A stretch of DNA of 64,000 nt, from NCBI RefSeq assembly GCF_006345805.1, contig NC_042997.1, positions 65,224,001 to 65,288,000 of the forward strand, in the 5' to 3' direction. Positions 1 to 12,455 of this stretch are shown in pieces. The position numbers and the translations under genes were made by a program. Numbering within the stretch: position 1 is the first letter of the stretch; every line of letters begins with the position of its first letter. Under the pieces are notes generated by a model. That model did not search any database, was not told the origin of the DNA, and saw only the letters and a program-made list of their open reading frames with translations. Origin of the DNA: Octopus sinensis. Its lineage: Eukaryota.

Positions 1-56
1 TCTCAATAATAATAATAATAATAATAATGATAATAATAATAATAATAATAATAATA

Positions 57-94
<38 letters not shown>

Positions 95-100
95 TTTATA
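1..100. repeat. (TAA)n microsatellite
   Basis: Near-perfect TAA repeat. Confidence 0.97.
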
Positions 101-102
101 AT

Positions 103-279
103 AACATCCTTAGAAAAATTCTATCCCTTTAAATGGCTGCGTTGTATTACATGAAGATATTTCACTACCTCCTCTCCCCAAGCTTTCAGTCATACTGTAA
201 TATCCCTGATCCTTCACTCGCCCCAGGACGCTGGGTATGTCCGGGCAAGTGACTGTAACAGACATGCAGATTAAAAGTA

Positions 280-281
<2 letters not shown>
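103..281 (+). mobile_element. 5'-truncated 3' end of an R4/Dong-type non-LTR retrotransposon
   Basis: Encodes ..NILRKILSL* plus a 3' UTR that aligns with 23870-24050 (shared AGCTTTCAGTCATACTGTAA, CCTTCACTC, GGACGCTGGGTATGTC, TTAAAAGTAAA). Flanked by (TAA)n on both sides. Confidence 0.8.
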
Positions 282-369
<88 letters not shown>

Positions 370-432
370 AAGAAGAAGAAGAAGAGAAGAAGAAGAAGAA
401 GAAGAAGAAGAAGAAGAAGAAGAGGAAGGAGA
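281..432. repeat. (TAA)n followed by (GAA)n microsatellite
   Basis: Directly visible. It explains the poly-L/F tract in ORF 186..827. Confidence 0.97.
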
Positions 433-501
433 AGGAGATTGCTAAAACTGTATTCCATATTTTGATACAAAGAAATCAATGTTTCGGGAAAAAAGTCAAA
501 T

Positions 502-897
502 AGGCATGGCTGTGTTGCTTTCCAACCACATGGTTCCGGGTTATCACTCACTTGGTGGCAGCTTGGGCAAGTGTCCTCTACTTTAGCCTCGGGCCGACCA
601 AATCCTTGTGAGTGCTTTTGGTACAACAAAACGGAACGAAGCCCATTATGTATACATATATGAGTGGGGGTGATGCATGTCTGTGTGTGTAAGCGTGCGC
701 GTATTTGTGTTTGTCCCCCCATCACCACTTCATAACTTGTGTTAGTACGTTTCCTTCCCAGTTCGGCAAAATGGAACAATAGAATAGGTAACAGGTTTAA
801 ACAAAAAGAATACTGGTGTCGATTCATTCGACTAACAATTCTTCAACGCGCTGCCCTAGCATGGCTGCAGTCTTATAACTGAAACAAGTACGAGATT
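502..897 (+). mobile_element. tRNA-derived SINE family A, diverged full-length copy
   Basis: Collinear with the young copy at 42124-42495: head, TTGGGCAAGTGTC..GGGCCGACCA, internal TG tract, tail GCATGGCTGCAGTC..ACTGAAACAAGTA. Confidence 0.85.
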
Positions 898-1262
898 AAA
901 AAAAATATCAATGATCGCTATAATTAATGATGTATCATTTTACAAGCATCGAATGAATAAAGAGCGAATATGACTTCATGGTTTGGGGATTTGAGGATAA
1001 CTTTTCTGGCTGTACGTGTACAAAGAGATAAAGATATGCTTTGAACGTTATATAGAAACCTTACACAGTTGTGTGTGTGTAGAGAGAGAGAGACAAAAAT
1101 GAAAGACGCTATAAAATCAAAATGAGAACAGATATCAATGAAAATTATAACATTATAAATAATGATTAAAACAATGTAAAAGGAAAGAGAAATAAAGCAT
1201 GAAAAGCAATCTGGATTCTTATCTACATTCAAGGGAAGAATCTAGTGGGTAGGGCACAGTCG

Positions 1263-1356
1263 CTTCTTCTTCTTCTTCTTCTTCTTCTTCTCTTCTTCTT
1301 CTTCTCTTCTTCTTCTTCTTCTTCTTCTTCTTCTTCTTCTTCTTCTTCTTCTTCTT
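1263..1356. repeat. (CTT)n microsatellite
   Basis: Directly visible. Confidence 0.97.
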
Positions 1357-2451
1357 GTAATTGCCAATAAGAATTTTATTTCCCTAAGGACATACTGCCT
1401 TTGATAACCGAGCGCAAGCAAATTTTGTTTTACATACTTCCTTTGATCTTAGATATTTTAGCTACATTTGAATTAAAAAGCATAGCACAAAAATTGAATT
1501 ACAGAATAAACAAAAAGCTGAAATAAGGAACATGTAATGAAAAATGAATAGAAGTAAAGCTTATTTCCAACAATTCAACAAGCAATTTTAACAATGTCCG
1601 TAAGAAATAAGGCAACAACACACGAGCAGAGACACAATATTATAACCATAAGCATAGTAATGTCGCTAAAGAAATTACATTTGCCTTTGTGTTGACAAGA
1701 GCAGAATATTTGAGATTTAATACAGATGTAGAACTGTTAAGCCCCCAAAACCTGCTAAAGACGAATTAAATCCGTTTTACTAGGAAGAGCAAACTGACAC
1801 GTCTATTAAGATATACAATATTTGGCAGGATTTTGAAATATCTTGGAATGTGCGGAAGTTAAGTTGAAGAAAAAAGGGCAAGATTTTGACATGCAGTTAT
1901 ATTTGGTTATCATCTACAGAGAGATTTAAAGGTCCTAAATATGACATTTGGAATGTTTGAGCATACTACATTTAGATGAAATTCTAGATAGGATTATTAC
2001 AAATACCGAGATAAACATATTTAACACAGTAGAAAATACTGCATACATTCCAGAAATTCAAACTATTGCCTAGCAACAGAGGAGCATTAGCAGTGATACA
2101 CTACTCTGTTGCCGTGCATAATTGGATTCTAAAGGGAATGTAAGGCCTTCATAGATATATTCTGAAGTTGAGGACAGCGTAAAACATATAGCATTCACTA
2201 GCATGTGTATTCTCTAGTAACTGCAAGAAGGCAGGAAATAATTATCATTGACGAATATGTTGCCAGTAAACTCAGAACATTAGATAGGTATTTAGCAAGT
2301 GGCCAAGAATTGATTTTCAATATATCGCAACAATCAACAACTTGGTTCAGAAAAGTGTCCAAAACATCAAAGACTTCAAAGAGATTCGTGGCGGAAAAGC
2401 AAAGCAAAGCGAAACATTTTCACCTATAAGTATAATTGGAATAAGCTAAAA

Positions 2452-2648
2452 ATCCTTTCTACTACAGGCACGGGGGCTTGAATTTTGGTAGAATGGGTAA
2501 GTCGATCTTACTGGCACTTATTGTTTCGACCCCGAATATAAACGTCAAAGGCGATCTCGATGGAAGTTGTACCGAAAATTGAAAGACGGGCGAAGTGGCG
2601 ATAAGAAGTTTGTCAATCGTGCTAACTTTTCAGTCAGCCCACTACCTT
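2452..2648 (-). mobile_element. Old SINE family B copy
   Basis: Diverged reverse match to the family B head, the GGGGTCGA..AAGTGCCAG body and the tail GTGCCTGTAGTAGAAAGGATT. Confidence 0.65.
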
Positions 2649-2684
2649 TCAATACAAATAGCAAAAAAAAATAAATAACAGACA

Positions 2685-3198
2685 TGACACTGTTTCAAAG
2701 AGGACAACCTGAAACAAAATTTGCAACACACATCCCTTGTCGAATGTCCTCCCTCAAATTTTCAAAATGTCCGACGATCCCCGTGCACATGCTGACGAAT
2801 TTCCACCACAATTCCGTGGCTGACGCTTGTAGCAGGTCCTCCAGATCGCCCATCGTCTTCCCGGCACGTTCTTCCTCTTTTGAAGTATCGCTGCCACTCA
2901 AAACATTGCGTACGACCTATTGCCGCGTCGCCGTAAGTTTTCCGAAGTATAATAAATGTCTCTGCATCAGACGTGTTAAGCTCCAAACACGAAATATCAC
3001 GCTGGATCTTTGTTCCAACTTCTTGTCCATGACAAAAATCGCAGACTACAGCATATAACGTAATAACGAAAACATAAATTTCACAAGTTGCAAAGTATGT
3101 CACACTGCCTCACAAAGGTCACTGCGCACACAAACGTGTGCTGCTATCTGTTGGCGGACAATAGAACTAGTCTGGAAATCTTCTGAGACCACCCCATA
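2685..3198 (-). mobile_element. Mariner 5' fragment (TIR plus N-terminal transposase remnant)
   Basis: ETFIILRKTYGDAAIGRTQCFEW..FKRGR..EDDGRSGGP and GMCVANFV match the mariner HTH region (ETF..AYGD..RTQCFEWF.RFK.GR..EDD.RSGRP; LGM..V.AKFVP). A TIR-like end next to TA lies near 3170-3198. Confidence 0.8.
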
Positions 3199-3200
3199 TA

Positions 3201-3528
3201 TGTTTATGTGTGTGTTTGTGTCTGTATGTTTGTGAATGTGTTTGTGTCTGACCCCACCATCGCTCGGGAACCAATGTTGGTGGCTTTAACGCCCCCGTAA
3301 CTTAGAGATTCGGTAAAAAAAGTATTGATAGAATAAGTACCAAGCTTAAAAACATAAGTACCGGGATCGATTCACGACCTAGTGGCTCGGTAATAAAAAA
3401 AAACCGATAAAATAAGTACTTCGCATTAAAAAAATATTTACTGGGGTCGATTTGTTCGATAAAATGCTTCAAGGTGGTGCTCCGGCATGGCCGCTGTGTA
3501 ATGGTGAAAACAAGTAAAAGATAAAAGG
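3201..3528 (+). mobile_element. SINE family A 3' half with an internal ~75-bp tandem duplication
   Basis: CGGTAA..GATA[GA]AATAAGTAC..GG[GA]TCGATT occurs twice. Tail GCATGGCCGC..AACAAGTAAAAGATAAAAG. Confidence 0.8.
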
Positions 3529-3594
3529 TAATTACAATGATAATAACAACAACAGCAATAAGTGCTTGTGACTTAGGAACAAGGTTAGTAAATT

Positions 3595-3987
3595 CGAGAC
3601 GAAGTGTTTACCCGATACCATTGACCTCATTATCTGACTGGTACTTTAATTTATCTCTCCGAAAGGCGAAGTTCACTTCGGTGGGAATTGAATTCGGAAT
3701 ATATGCAACTGAAAGAAAATACAGCAGAATATGTTTTTATGGACACCTAAGGATTCTGCCGTCTCGCTCCCTGCAATAATAATTATTTCTAATTTTTGTA
3801 GAAAGCCAGAAATTTTGAGGGGAAGATGTCTGAAGATTACGTCGACGATAGTACTTGACTGGTACTTCATTTCATTGATACCGATGCAATGAAATGCAAA
3901 GTCGAAATTGCGTAATTTGAACTACGGATGTAAAATGTTGGAAGAAATGTCGCTAAACATTTTGTAAGATACACTAACGATTATGCC
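3595..3987 (-). mobile_element. Two adjacent old SINE family B copies
   Basis: Two diverged reverse matches, each with GACTGGTACTT and a B-box-like segment. Confidence 0.55.
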
Positions 3988-4732
3988 TGAGGTTTCTTTC
4001 AGAATAATCTATTCATTCGTATTCGAATGACAAGATTACCATTCTCAGGCCTTAGCATGAATCCTTTTCGAAGAAAATGTGATATCCTGCAGAGACCGAT
4101 TTTGTCCAGATATATTTTGTGATTCACTTGCGACTCACAAACGAAAGAAGGCCTATATAAAAACAACATTGTAATTATCAAAACGTGTGGCCGTTTTTGT
4201 ATATAATGTATTTCAATTGTTAAAATTTGCATTTCGAAACCGAATATTTAAATAGAATTTAATTTCTTGTGAAGTAAATTGAACAATACAATTGAAATTC
4301 GCTTATTGTATCAAGGCTGAATTACTACTCGTTTGCATTATTCCATACAGAAAGTAGGAGAGATAAATTAAAGATAAGGTACATATTAAGTGTTTGAAAT
4401 TTACATCTTTGATTTACTTCCAAAGCGAATAAGAAAATTTGAAAGTGACTAAGTTTCTGTTGAAGAAAGTTGACAAATGCATTTAAAATATACTAACTGT
4501 TGCATAAAGGACATATTTTCTATTATTTGATAGGGTTAAATTTGAAGTTATAGGCATATTTTTATGTTTATGGTATTTGCATTTTTCATGTGTATCCTAA
4601 ACAAAAACATTCTCCTTACTTTGTATGTCAACTAAAAATGTGAAGATAGTGTTTACTATGATATATAAAAGTGATTGTGATTAGACTAGAAATCATTTCT
4701 AGTTTAAAGAAAAGGACAGGAGTGGTAACATT

Positions 4733-5275
4733 CAGTAGCAAAGGCTGTCCGTGGAATCTGCCTTAATCGTATAGTAGCCTCGCAGTGACTTGTGGTTGTA
4801 ACATTAGTATTAGGGATTATTTTAAATAAATTTGTGGGTAGTGACTGTTCTAAATATGTCTATCGTTTGTAATACTTCCGTGAGTATTATATCCCTAGAT
4901 CCCTATAGTAGTGTCATCTGTGGTGCAAGCATTCAAAAGAGACTTATATTTTGCAGTAAAATATGATCCTGTGCCTTTGCACTGATTATAAGTTGCTTCA
5001 TCCCTAAATTTATAGACCCGAGATCTATCGATAGTTTTCATTGAATACGGAGTTATTCTCCAAGATTAATTTTAGTCCTTCTATTACGAATTCTTTTTTG
5101 ATGTGGTGTGGGTGTTCACTGGAGGGATTCGCCAGCCAGAAACGGTTTGCCTCTATTCTTAGGTTATGGGAGATATTTAAAACAATCCCTACTACTACTG
5201 TTACTACAACCAGGGTAGGTTACTGTGACGCCACTTGACCATTAAAGTACATTCCACAGACAGCCTTTACTACCG
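4733..5275. mobile_element. MITE with 25-bp terminal inverted repeats (Tc1/mariner-pogo/Tigger-like)
   Basis: CAGTAGCAAAGGCTGTCCGTGGAAT (4733-4757) versus ATTCCACAGACAGCCTTTACTACCG (5251-5275), 22/25 complementary. TA on the right side and TT on the left. No coding interior. Confidence 0.7.
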
Positions 5276-5279
5276 TATT

Positions 5280-5416
5280 TTTCTTCTCCTTCCTCTTCTT
5301 CTTCTTCTCTTCTTCTTCTTCTTCTTCTTCTTCTTCTTCTTCTTCTTCTACTCCTACTTCTTCTTTTTTTTCTTCTTCTTCTTCTCCTCCTTCTACTTCT
5401 TCAGTTTCTTCTTCTT
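5280..5416. repeat. Imperfect (CTT)n microsatellite
   Basis: Directly visible. It explains the poly-E/poly-F ORFs. Confidence 0.95.
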
Positions 5417-5786
5417 CGGCTCTTCTGCTTAAACCATCAAACTTCAGAACCAATTATATCTTTGCACGCACAAACACAACTGTTCAGATCTGCTACTTCC
5501 TACCTGACGAACCTACATAAAGGGAAACAGAGAAAGAGAGAGAGAAATGGAAAATGACCTACCTATTTGAAGACTATAGAAATATTTACAATATATTTCA
5601 TTTAATCTTTTTTTCAATTTAATTGTTTTTCCTTTCTTAATATCCACCTTTGTTTTACTTTTAGCTGAAAATGTCGAATCGACAGAAACCGGTACTAACC
5701 ATTACAAAATGTATTTCATGATAAAATTATTTTAGCATTTATCTTATTTGCCTTATACATATCAAAACGTGTGTCATTTTGCAACA

Positions 5787-5836
<50 letters not shown>

Positions 5837-7150
5837 CCCACCGTTTTTGTGTGGGTATAAGAAAGAGGTGCATTTGTGAATTTATTACAATTCCTTATTA
5901 AAACTATAATATTTGGTGGTCATTGGTAAGTTAAGATACTCTTATTTGCATGGCTGACTGACAATCCATTCATTTTGTTCCCTAATGTACGGAAATATAA
6001 TTGTGTAAGAAAGCGTTATTAGAGGTAAACGTAATAACAGTTTACATGTATAACGAAGGTAATAAAATATTAAAGGTATTAGGACTCGCTATTCCTTCAT
6101 TCAAATCTATAAATGTTGTGTATTGAATTCTCTTGCATATTTGCGTTTAATGCTCTGCATTACACAATCTAAGATGTTTCAGTGAGTATATCTCAGCAGT
6201 TATTCTGATATATCGAATTTATTCAAAACTGCTTTTCATAATGCTGAATCCCTAATCTCCTTGCAATTGAAGTCATTATTTCTACGTATATTACTGGAAA
6301 GGAATACGGTTAATTTGTACAACCTTCCAGATAGATATATTCAGTGGCTCGTATGTACATTTGATTATTACATTCTAACAATTAGGTGTTAAGCAGAAAT
6401 CGTCTAATGAAGGTAAACCACTTCATTGAACGTATAGCAATGTACCACATATTCAGCAAATTAGGAGAATACATAGCCGAAAATGTCATTTTCTTAATTT
6501 GTATCTTAATCAGGTTCTAAAGCCTTTCTTCCCAAAGGACTTCGTCCATACACTGCTTAATACCTCTTTTCAACCTTCAAAGAGTTGGGAAGTGCCTCAT
6601 TATTGTCTTTACTACAAATGTGATAAACCATATGCAATACCATATGTCGACAATACTCCGTTGAATGCTGATAATAGAGAATATTTCAAAATGTAGAACA
6701 AATCATTTTCCGTCCAATTTCTATAGCATACGATAAATTTTATAATCTTTTTTTGTACTTCAGCTTTCAATAGTAAGTAACATAGTACAAAAAAGAAAAT
6801 GCAGCATACGTTGTGTGCGAATATGAACTGATTGTTCGATATACATAATTTTCAATATCCTAAATAGACCATATTTTGTCACCGTAACCCTTCTCAAAGA
6901 TGTTATTTCCCTTTCAGAACTACTGGAACATCTTGCATCTTATGCACTTCAGTTTAGCAAGATGAAACTATGCTAAGACCATTACATCGATACAAGATTC
7001 CAAATACTTGTAAATGAGAAGCAAAACGAAAATGTAATGACCTACATTTGTTTTCCTATTTTATTATTTCTATTATCAAAGCCAATTACAATATTCTCGT
7101 CACCATCCTCCTATATTTATCTTTACTTGCAACAGTGACACCCTGTTAGT

Positions 7151-7232
<82 letters not shown>

Positions 7233-7899
7233 TATGATGTTACTGCGTTGCATACTATGTAGGTTAATAATGACAAACAAGCTTGGATTAGATTATCCAT
7301 CTGAAATTTTATATCAAAGTAGCTACCTACCAGTTTGCGACTATAATGTGACACAAATACGCTTCCAATTAGTACTTCTCTTATAAGTGAGTTACACTAC
7401 TATGTAGTACATATTTACACCTAGATTGACTACGTTTATGGCAGTCATGTAAATTATCAATAAGCTTGGGTTTATCAGTGCAAGTGACAATACACCAACC
7501 ACCTATTATATAGATGTAAGCAATAACATTCATCTTATCCTCCTTTCCTGTGGACTATTTTTACATTATAAATAAGTCCAAGCATATTTATAATGTAAGG
7601 ATTATTACAAACTTATTTACAATGTAAGGATGATATACTATCGTAGTTAACATACGACAGTTAAAATGCAACATTGATAATTTGTAAGAGAAAAGATTAG
7701 TAAATGAATAAACTCCACATAATATTGATCGTACATGCTAAACATATCTTGAAATCAGAATTAAATTAGATCGAAACATGAACAGGAAATGAGCCAGCGA
7801 TTTATCACAATATTTTCAGTTTGTTACTTCAGCTTTCTGACAGTTTGTTTTGCTTTTTCGAGACAAATTGATAAACGTGATCAATGTTTCCAAGTAAAA

Positions 7900-7993
7900 G
7901 TACTTAATTTATCGACCACAAAAGGATGAAAGGCAGAGTCGACCTCAGCGGAATTTGAACTCAGAACCTAAAGACAAACAAAATTCCTATTTC
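7900..7993 (-). mobile_element. SINE family B fragment (right unit of the dimer)
   Basis: Reverse complement reads GAAATAGGAATT..GTTCTGAGTTCAAATTCCGCTGAGGTCGAC..CCTTTCATCC. Confidence 0.8.
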
Positions 7994-9409
7994 ACCTCCC
8001 TTCTTACAACACATCTTATCCTATTAATATACATCATTGGCACGTTGCCTCGGATTTGCGCAACGTATTGCAGCCATTTTAGATTTAAGTCATTTATTGA
8101 ATGGTATTCAGATTTTTAACCCTGGCAAAATATAAGTCAACACCAACTACGGTAGAATATGAACTCTGTATTTATATATGATGGAGAAACAAAATTGTAT
8201 AACGAATTAATTTCTTAATCTATAGTTTGAATCATTCCGCCTACTTCAAAGTGACCTACCCGTCCACAGTTTTATATCAAGCGATTACTGGACAAACGAG
8301 CTATATTGCTATTTTCTAACTTGTTAATCTTAATTATTGTCATGCAGCTTTTCGTCCATTTCATTGCAAGCTAGTCTTTATACCATTAGCTATACATAAT
8401 GTTAACTATAAATATCTACTGTTGGGGAATTTCTGTCAATAAAATGGTATATATCAAGATTTATAGCCTGATTTATTAAACAAATTAGCAATCCTCTTGA
8501 ATGTCATCAGTTTAAACGTTATTCGTGAGACCGTTTTCTAACATTTCCTTCAAGTGAACTGTTATCGTTATCCAAAGGTACATAATTGACGGATGGGTAA
8601 TCGTAATAAATACAGTATAAAGAATGTTTATATTCTTATTTCTGATTATATATTATACTTTTAAATCTTTTGCTAATTTGTGTCATTCCATATTACTAAC
8701 CAAGCTAGTAAGTGCTGCTTGGAATGTCAGTGTTTAAACCACAGGCAAACTATAGTGTAAATCATTTTATAACATTGTTATTAGATATTACTGGCGAACC
8801 CTCCTACGTTAAACATTCTATCACAAATTTAGTAAAACGACCGCCTTCTTACATGATTTTGACAAACACTAAACGAGTAGGTGTATTGTTTAATGCTATA
8901 TACCACTTAGCATTCATACATTTGCGTTTGAAAGATTTGAAAAAACTACCTTACGAAAATATATAATTTCCTGATATGTAGATTTGCTTCTCTCTATGGT
9001 TTTTACAGTTGTATTGTTTAGACCAATCATAATATATACGGAATGATGTTCTATTCGAAGAGTTAATTAACATAGTGATATGAAAATATATCAAAAATTA
9101 TGAGAAAATGTCGAACAAGTAGAAAGTAATAGGAATATATACACAGGCAGATATACTTCTATAGAAATATATATGTCTACAGCTATGTATATATATATAT
9201 ATATAATATATATATATTCAGATTATAAGGAAATTGTGTCATTGAGATTCAAAGATATCAGGTAATGCTCAATAAGTGCTATAGACAGACCAAGTTCCAG
9301 GTTCGGTAATTTTGCGAATAAGGGGTTCAACGTTGGACATACGTCAGCGTGTGTATATAAGAATGTTTTGCCAAGGCGGTGTAGATATTAGAACATTTAT
9401 AGAGAGAAG

Positions 9410-9461
9410 GTCTTACAGCTGTTTCCAGGATATTTATTGATTATATCCCTTCATCGGATAC
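9410..9461 (-). ncRNA. Degenerate minimal hammerhead ribozyme in a Penelope-type pLTR remnant
   Basis: Minus strand: gtat CCGAUGA A GGGAUAU-loop-AUAUCCU G GAAAC AGCU GUA|agac. It has a 7-bp stem II and a palindromic stem III, but carries U4C and a stem I mismatch. Confidence 0.6.
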
Positions 9462-9559
9462 GGTGTGAAAGGATGGTGAAGTAGATAGGATACAAAATAG
9501 AGAGTAAGGTAGAGGAAAGAAAATAGATTTGAGATATGTAGGGATATTGAAGTTGTAGA

Positions 9560-9783
9560 TCCACTTTTTAGGCAGACCATTCTGCGCGTACAAATGCACG
9601 TTCTCGCGGCTTTGTCGATCGCATTCTCACTTAGAATCGATTTTTTGTAATTTTAGCAAGACTTATACACGCCCTGATACCGTCGGTATCTACATATCAA
9701 ATTGGAGCGCAATCGGATGGAGGATGCCCGAGATCCTAGAAGACACACACACAGACAGACAGAACGGATTTTATATAATAGAT
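9560..9783 (+). mobile_element. Non-autonomous Helentron/HINE-like 3' part
   Basis: CAAATT..AATCGG..(ACAG)n..TTTTATATAATAGAT ending resembles DINE-1/Lep1-type elements. Family not verified. Confidence 0.45.
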
Positions 9784-10086
9784 TATATTCCTCACGCTAA
9801 TACAAGCTAAGTTTTTGTACCTCTTCACCCAAAATAGAAAACATCCGATGTGGGAACACTGTGACTATCTGAAGCTAAAATGTATGATATCCTCACACAT
9901 ATATCAACTGACCAGTTAGGATGAGTTATACAATTTTTTTTAAAGTAATCCTTTTGAAACCAATTAGGCGAAATGATCCCAAGAGCTGCTTTCAAGCACC
10001 AGCTGTTTTATTTTTCTGTTTATAAATAAATTTGAAACCACTTTCCACATATCCTAAAGTATACCAATGATATAATATTGACTTGC

Positions 10087-10284
10087 CATGAAAGAACTGT
10101 TCAGATTTTCTCAACAGGTTCGGAGGAGCTACATCTGCACTTCTTTCTTTTGGCGTATAGTGAATGTCAGTTGGCTGTGGGTACGTACTTGGCTCTGGAG
10201 AAGACAAATGCGGTTGAGATGTTCTCTCTTTTGGAAACTGAACGACAGGAGGTGGCTTTTGAAACGTCCGTCTTTGATACTCAG

Positions 10285-10346
<62 letters not shown>

Positions 10347-10376
10347 CCATCATCATCATTTGAGAAAACTGATGCC
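10087..10376 (-). CDS. Candidate internal coding exon (290 nt, phase 2 to phase 1) of an unidentified gene; poly-Asp followed by a Pro-rich disordered peptide
   Basis: Strong acceptor TTTATTTTTCATTTCATTTTGTATAG|G. Open frame (R)ASVFSNDDDG(D)nSEYQRRTFQKPPPVVQFPKERTSQPHLSSPEPSTYPQPTDIHYTPKERSADVAPPNLLRKSEQFFH. Donor G|GCAAGT (GC-AG type). GC content is higher than the flanks. Confidence 0.55.
10287..10359. repeat. (CAT)n/(ATG)n microsatellite inside the candidate exon
   Basis: About 24 units with one interruption. Confidence 0.97.
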
Positions 10377-11744
10377 CTATACAAAATGAAATGAAAAATA
10401 AACATGGAATTAAATGAATTTCTCTTCACACATTGAATAACATTGGTATTTGTTTGTCAATACATAGCCTTAGAACACATTGGAACTCATACAAATGTTT
10501 ATAAGCCTCAAACTTATAATGCTATGGATGGACATGTCTGACAGCCTACCCGCATTTTTATGTAAAATGAAAGGTGGGTGGTGAGTGGGGACTCTGAGTT
10601 TTACACGGGTGTCTTCGGAAACTGATATTCAACCCCATTTCCAATGCAAATAATAAATTCAACAAATGGGGTGTTCCTAGCTGTAAGATATGCTGATAAA
10701 CCCCAGGACATAAAAAAATAAACGAACGTCTAAAGGAGATTCACCAATTACATGTCTGTTTGAAAACTGTAGACAGGCTATCTGTAGCTCTCCTAATGAT
10801 ATTCATTGAGAAATTTGAAATATATTTTGAGCTGTGTTAGGTTTATGTTGGTATATTTTCTGTTTGTTTTGGCTACACGCTTCAAAACGAATAATCTATC
10901 AAATGTTAATAACCGCTCAATTATTTGCTTTAAATTTAAATGCCATGATGTTTGGTGGTGCTTAAAAAAAACGATTCTAACAACTTTTTTCATCGCATTT
11001 TAACATATATTAAATTAAACGTGTGTCGGTTTGGATCCAAGTTTTGAAAATGGCGCGCACTATTCTGCACTGAAACATACGATTCGCAATTAATTGTTGA
11101 ACAGTTCTGAAGTCGAAAAACTTTAAATTTTCCCATACATTACACTGAACTGGCAAAATTTAAAAGCATTTTTAGTCTTATTCAGGACACTAGATATATC
11201 ACGTGTTTTTTCATCCAAACTTCCGACAGGGATAATGAATTTCCCTACTTTCGATGTGTAAAATGTAAGGATTGCATTTTAAACGACACTAATCCGACGT
11301 CCGCCCGATTTTGGAGGACTATTGAAAAAAAATACTGCTACAAATACAATTTTTTCTACATGGATGATGATAGTAATGAATGGAAATGACAATGAGAAAT
11401 GCAAAACGTAAAATAACTCCATTTTGATGTCGTATTGATGAGGGGCCGATATCGGCAAACAATTACCAATATTCCGTTGTTCACCCAATACCGGCCTGAT
11501 ATGGTCATACCGTTTGGGTTCATTACTCTTTCTTCCCACTATAGCATTAGCTGTTATTAAATATCTTATTTTCTTATTAATTCATTACTATTCCTGATGA
11601 TTCGATTGATACAACTATAGTCACACAGCATGCTTGAGTGTATTAAGTATTAATCCGTATTTACTATTACTCTCCATACTAATACTGAGTAGTTCTTTAA
11701 ATATTGGCATTTAATTTTTGAATAGGTTACACTATATATATATA

Positions 11745-11791
<47 letters not shown>

Positions 11792-11914
11792 AACATACGC
11801 ACAGACAGACAGAAAAATTGGTAGGTATAAATACATTCATATATATATATATAAATATATAATGCCTAAAAATACACATATGTTACCCACGAGATTTTCC
11901 AATTGATATATATA

Positions 11915-12020
11915 TGTATGTATGTATGTTGTATGCATGTATGTTGTATGTATGTATGTATGTATGTATGTATGTATGTATGTATGTATGTATGTATGTA
12001 TTTATGTATGCATGTTTGTA
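11915..12020. repeat. (TATG)n microsatellite
   Basis: Directly visible. Confidence 0.95.
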
Positions 12021-12438
12021 TATATATATGTCTACTTGGATGTGCATGTATGCGTAGTCCGTGTGTATTCGTGTGTATTCCGCTTCATATATGCGTGTTA
12101 CGATGATTTTCTAAGGCATTTCTAACAAAATACTTTGAATAAAGTAATGCTTGCAGAATTGAATCTTAACGAGATTTCATTGCTACTTTTATTTCTTCGT
12201 CTTTCTTTATATAATCATCTCATTTGCTATCATGTTAACCAATTTGTCGACGACAGTCTATTGATTATAATAGTATTCAAGCAGATCTCACAGTAAACTG
12301 GGGTTGCTCTGTTTTTTTTTTGTGTGTTTTCTTTTCGTGGAGTTCTACAAATGAAATCACTTCAAATCTTTGGATACCATAACTATCAAAATGCCTCTCT
12401 TCAATCATAAATACCAGCATGACTAACAATATTCATAC

Positions 12439-12455
12439 CTCTTCTGTTCTACCAT
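12439..12455 (-). CDS. Possible first coding exon segment MVEQK(R)
   Basis: ATGGTAGAACAGAAGAG|GTATGA. It ends in phase 2 and joins the 10376 exon in frame to give MVEQKRASVFS. There is an in-frame stop upstream of the ATG. Confidence 0.3.

Noticed and set aside
1750-2030. Possible decayed LINE AP-endonuclease (KDELNPFY, DLKVLN, ILDRII)
   Set aside because: It needs several frameshifts and lacks clear GDFN and SDH motifs.
5478-5530. CUGACGA..CCU/AGG..GAAACAG resembling a type III hammerhead
   Set aside because: Stem I cannot form after the putative cleavage site.
6180-6720. Minus-strand reading containing SIARRLGI (FBXO21-like)
   Set aside because: Multiple stops, no splice signals and only a short motif match.
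5665-9261. Plus-strand micro-exon candidates (5665-5691, 6764-6772, 8785-8880, 9222-9261)
   Set aside because: AG..GT pairs of this quality are common by chance in AT-rich DNA. Some donors are weak and the joined peptide is not recognisable.
11467-11538. 72-nt minus-strand exon candidate WEERVMNPNG..RYWVNNG (WW- or Ig-like)
   Set aside because: Weak acceptor and poor domain spacing. It has a stop in the phase needed to fit between the 12439 and 10376 exons.
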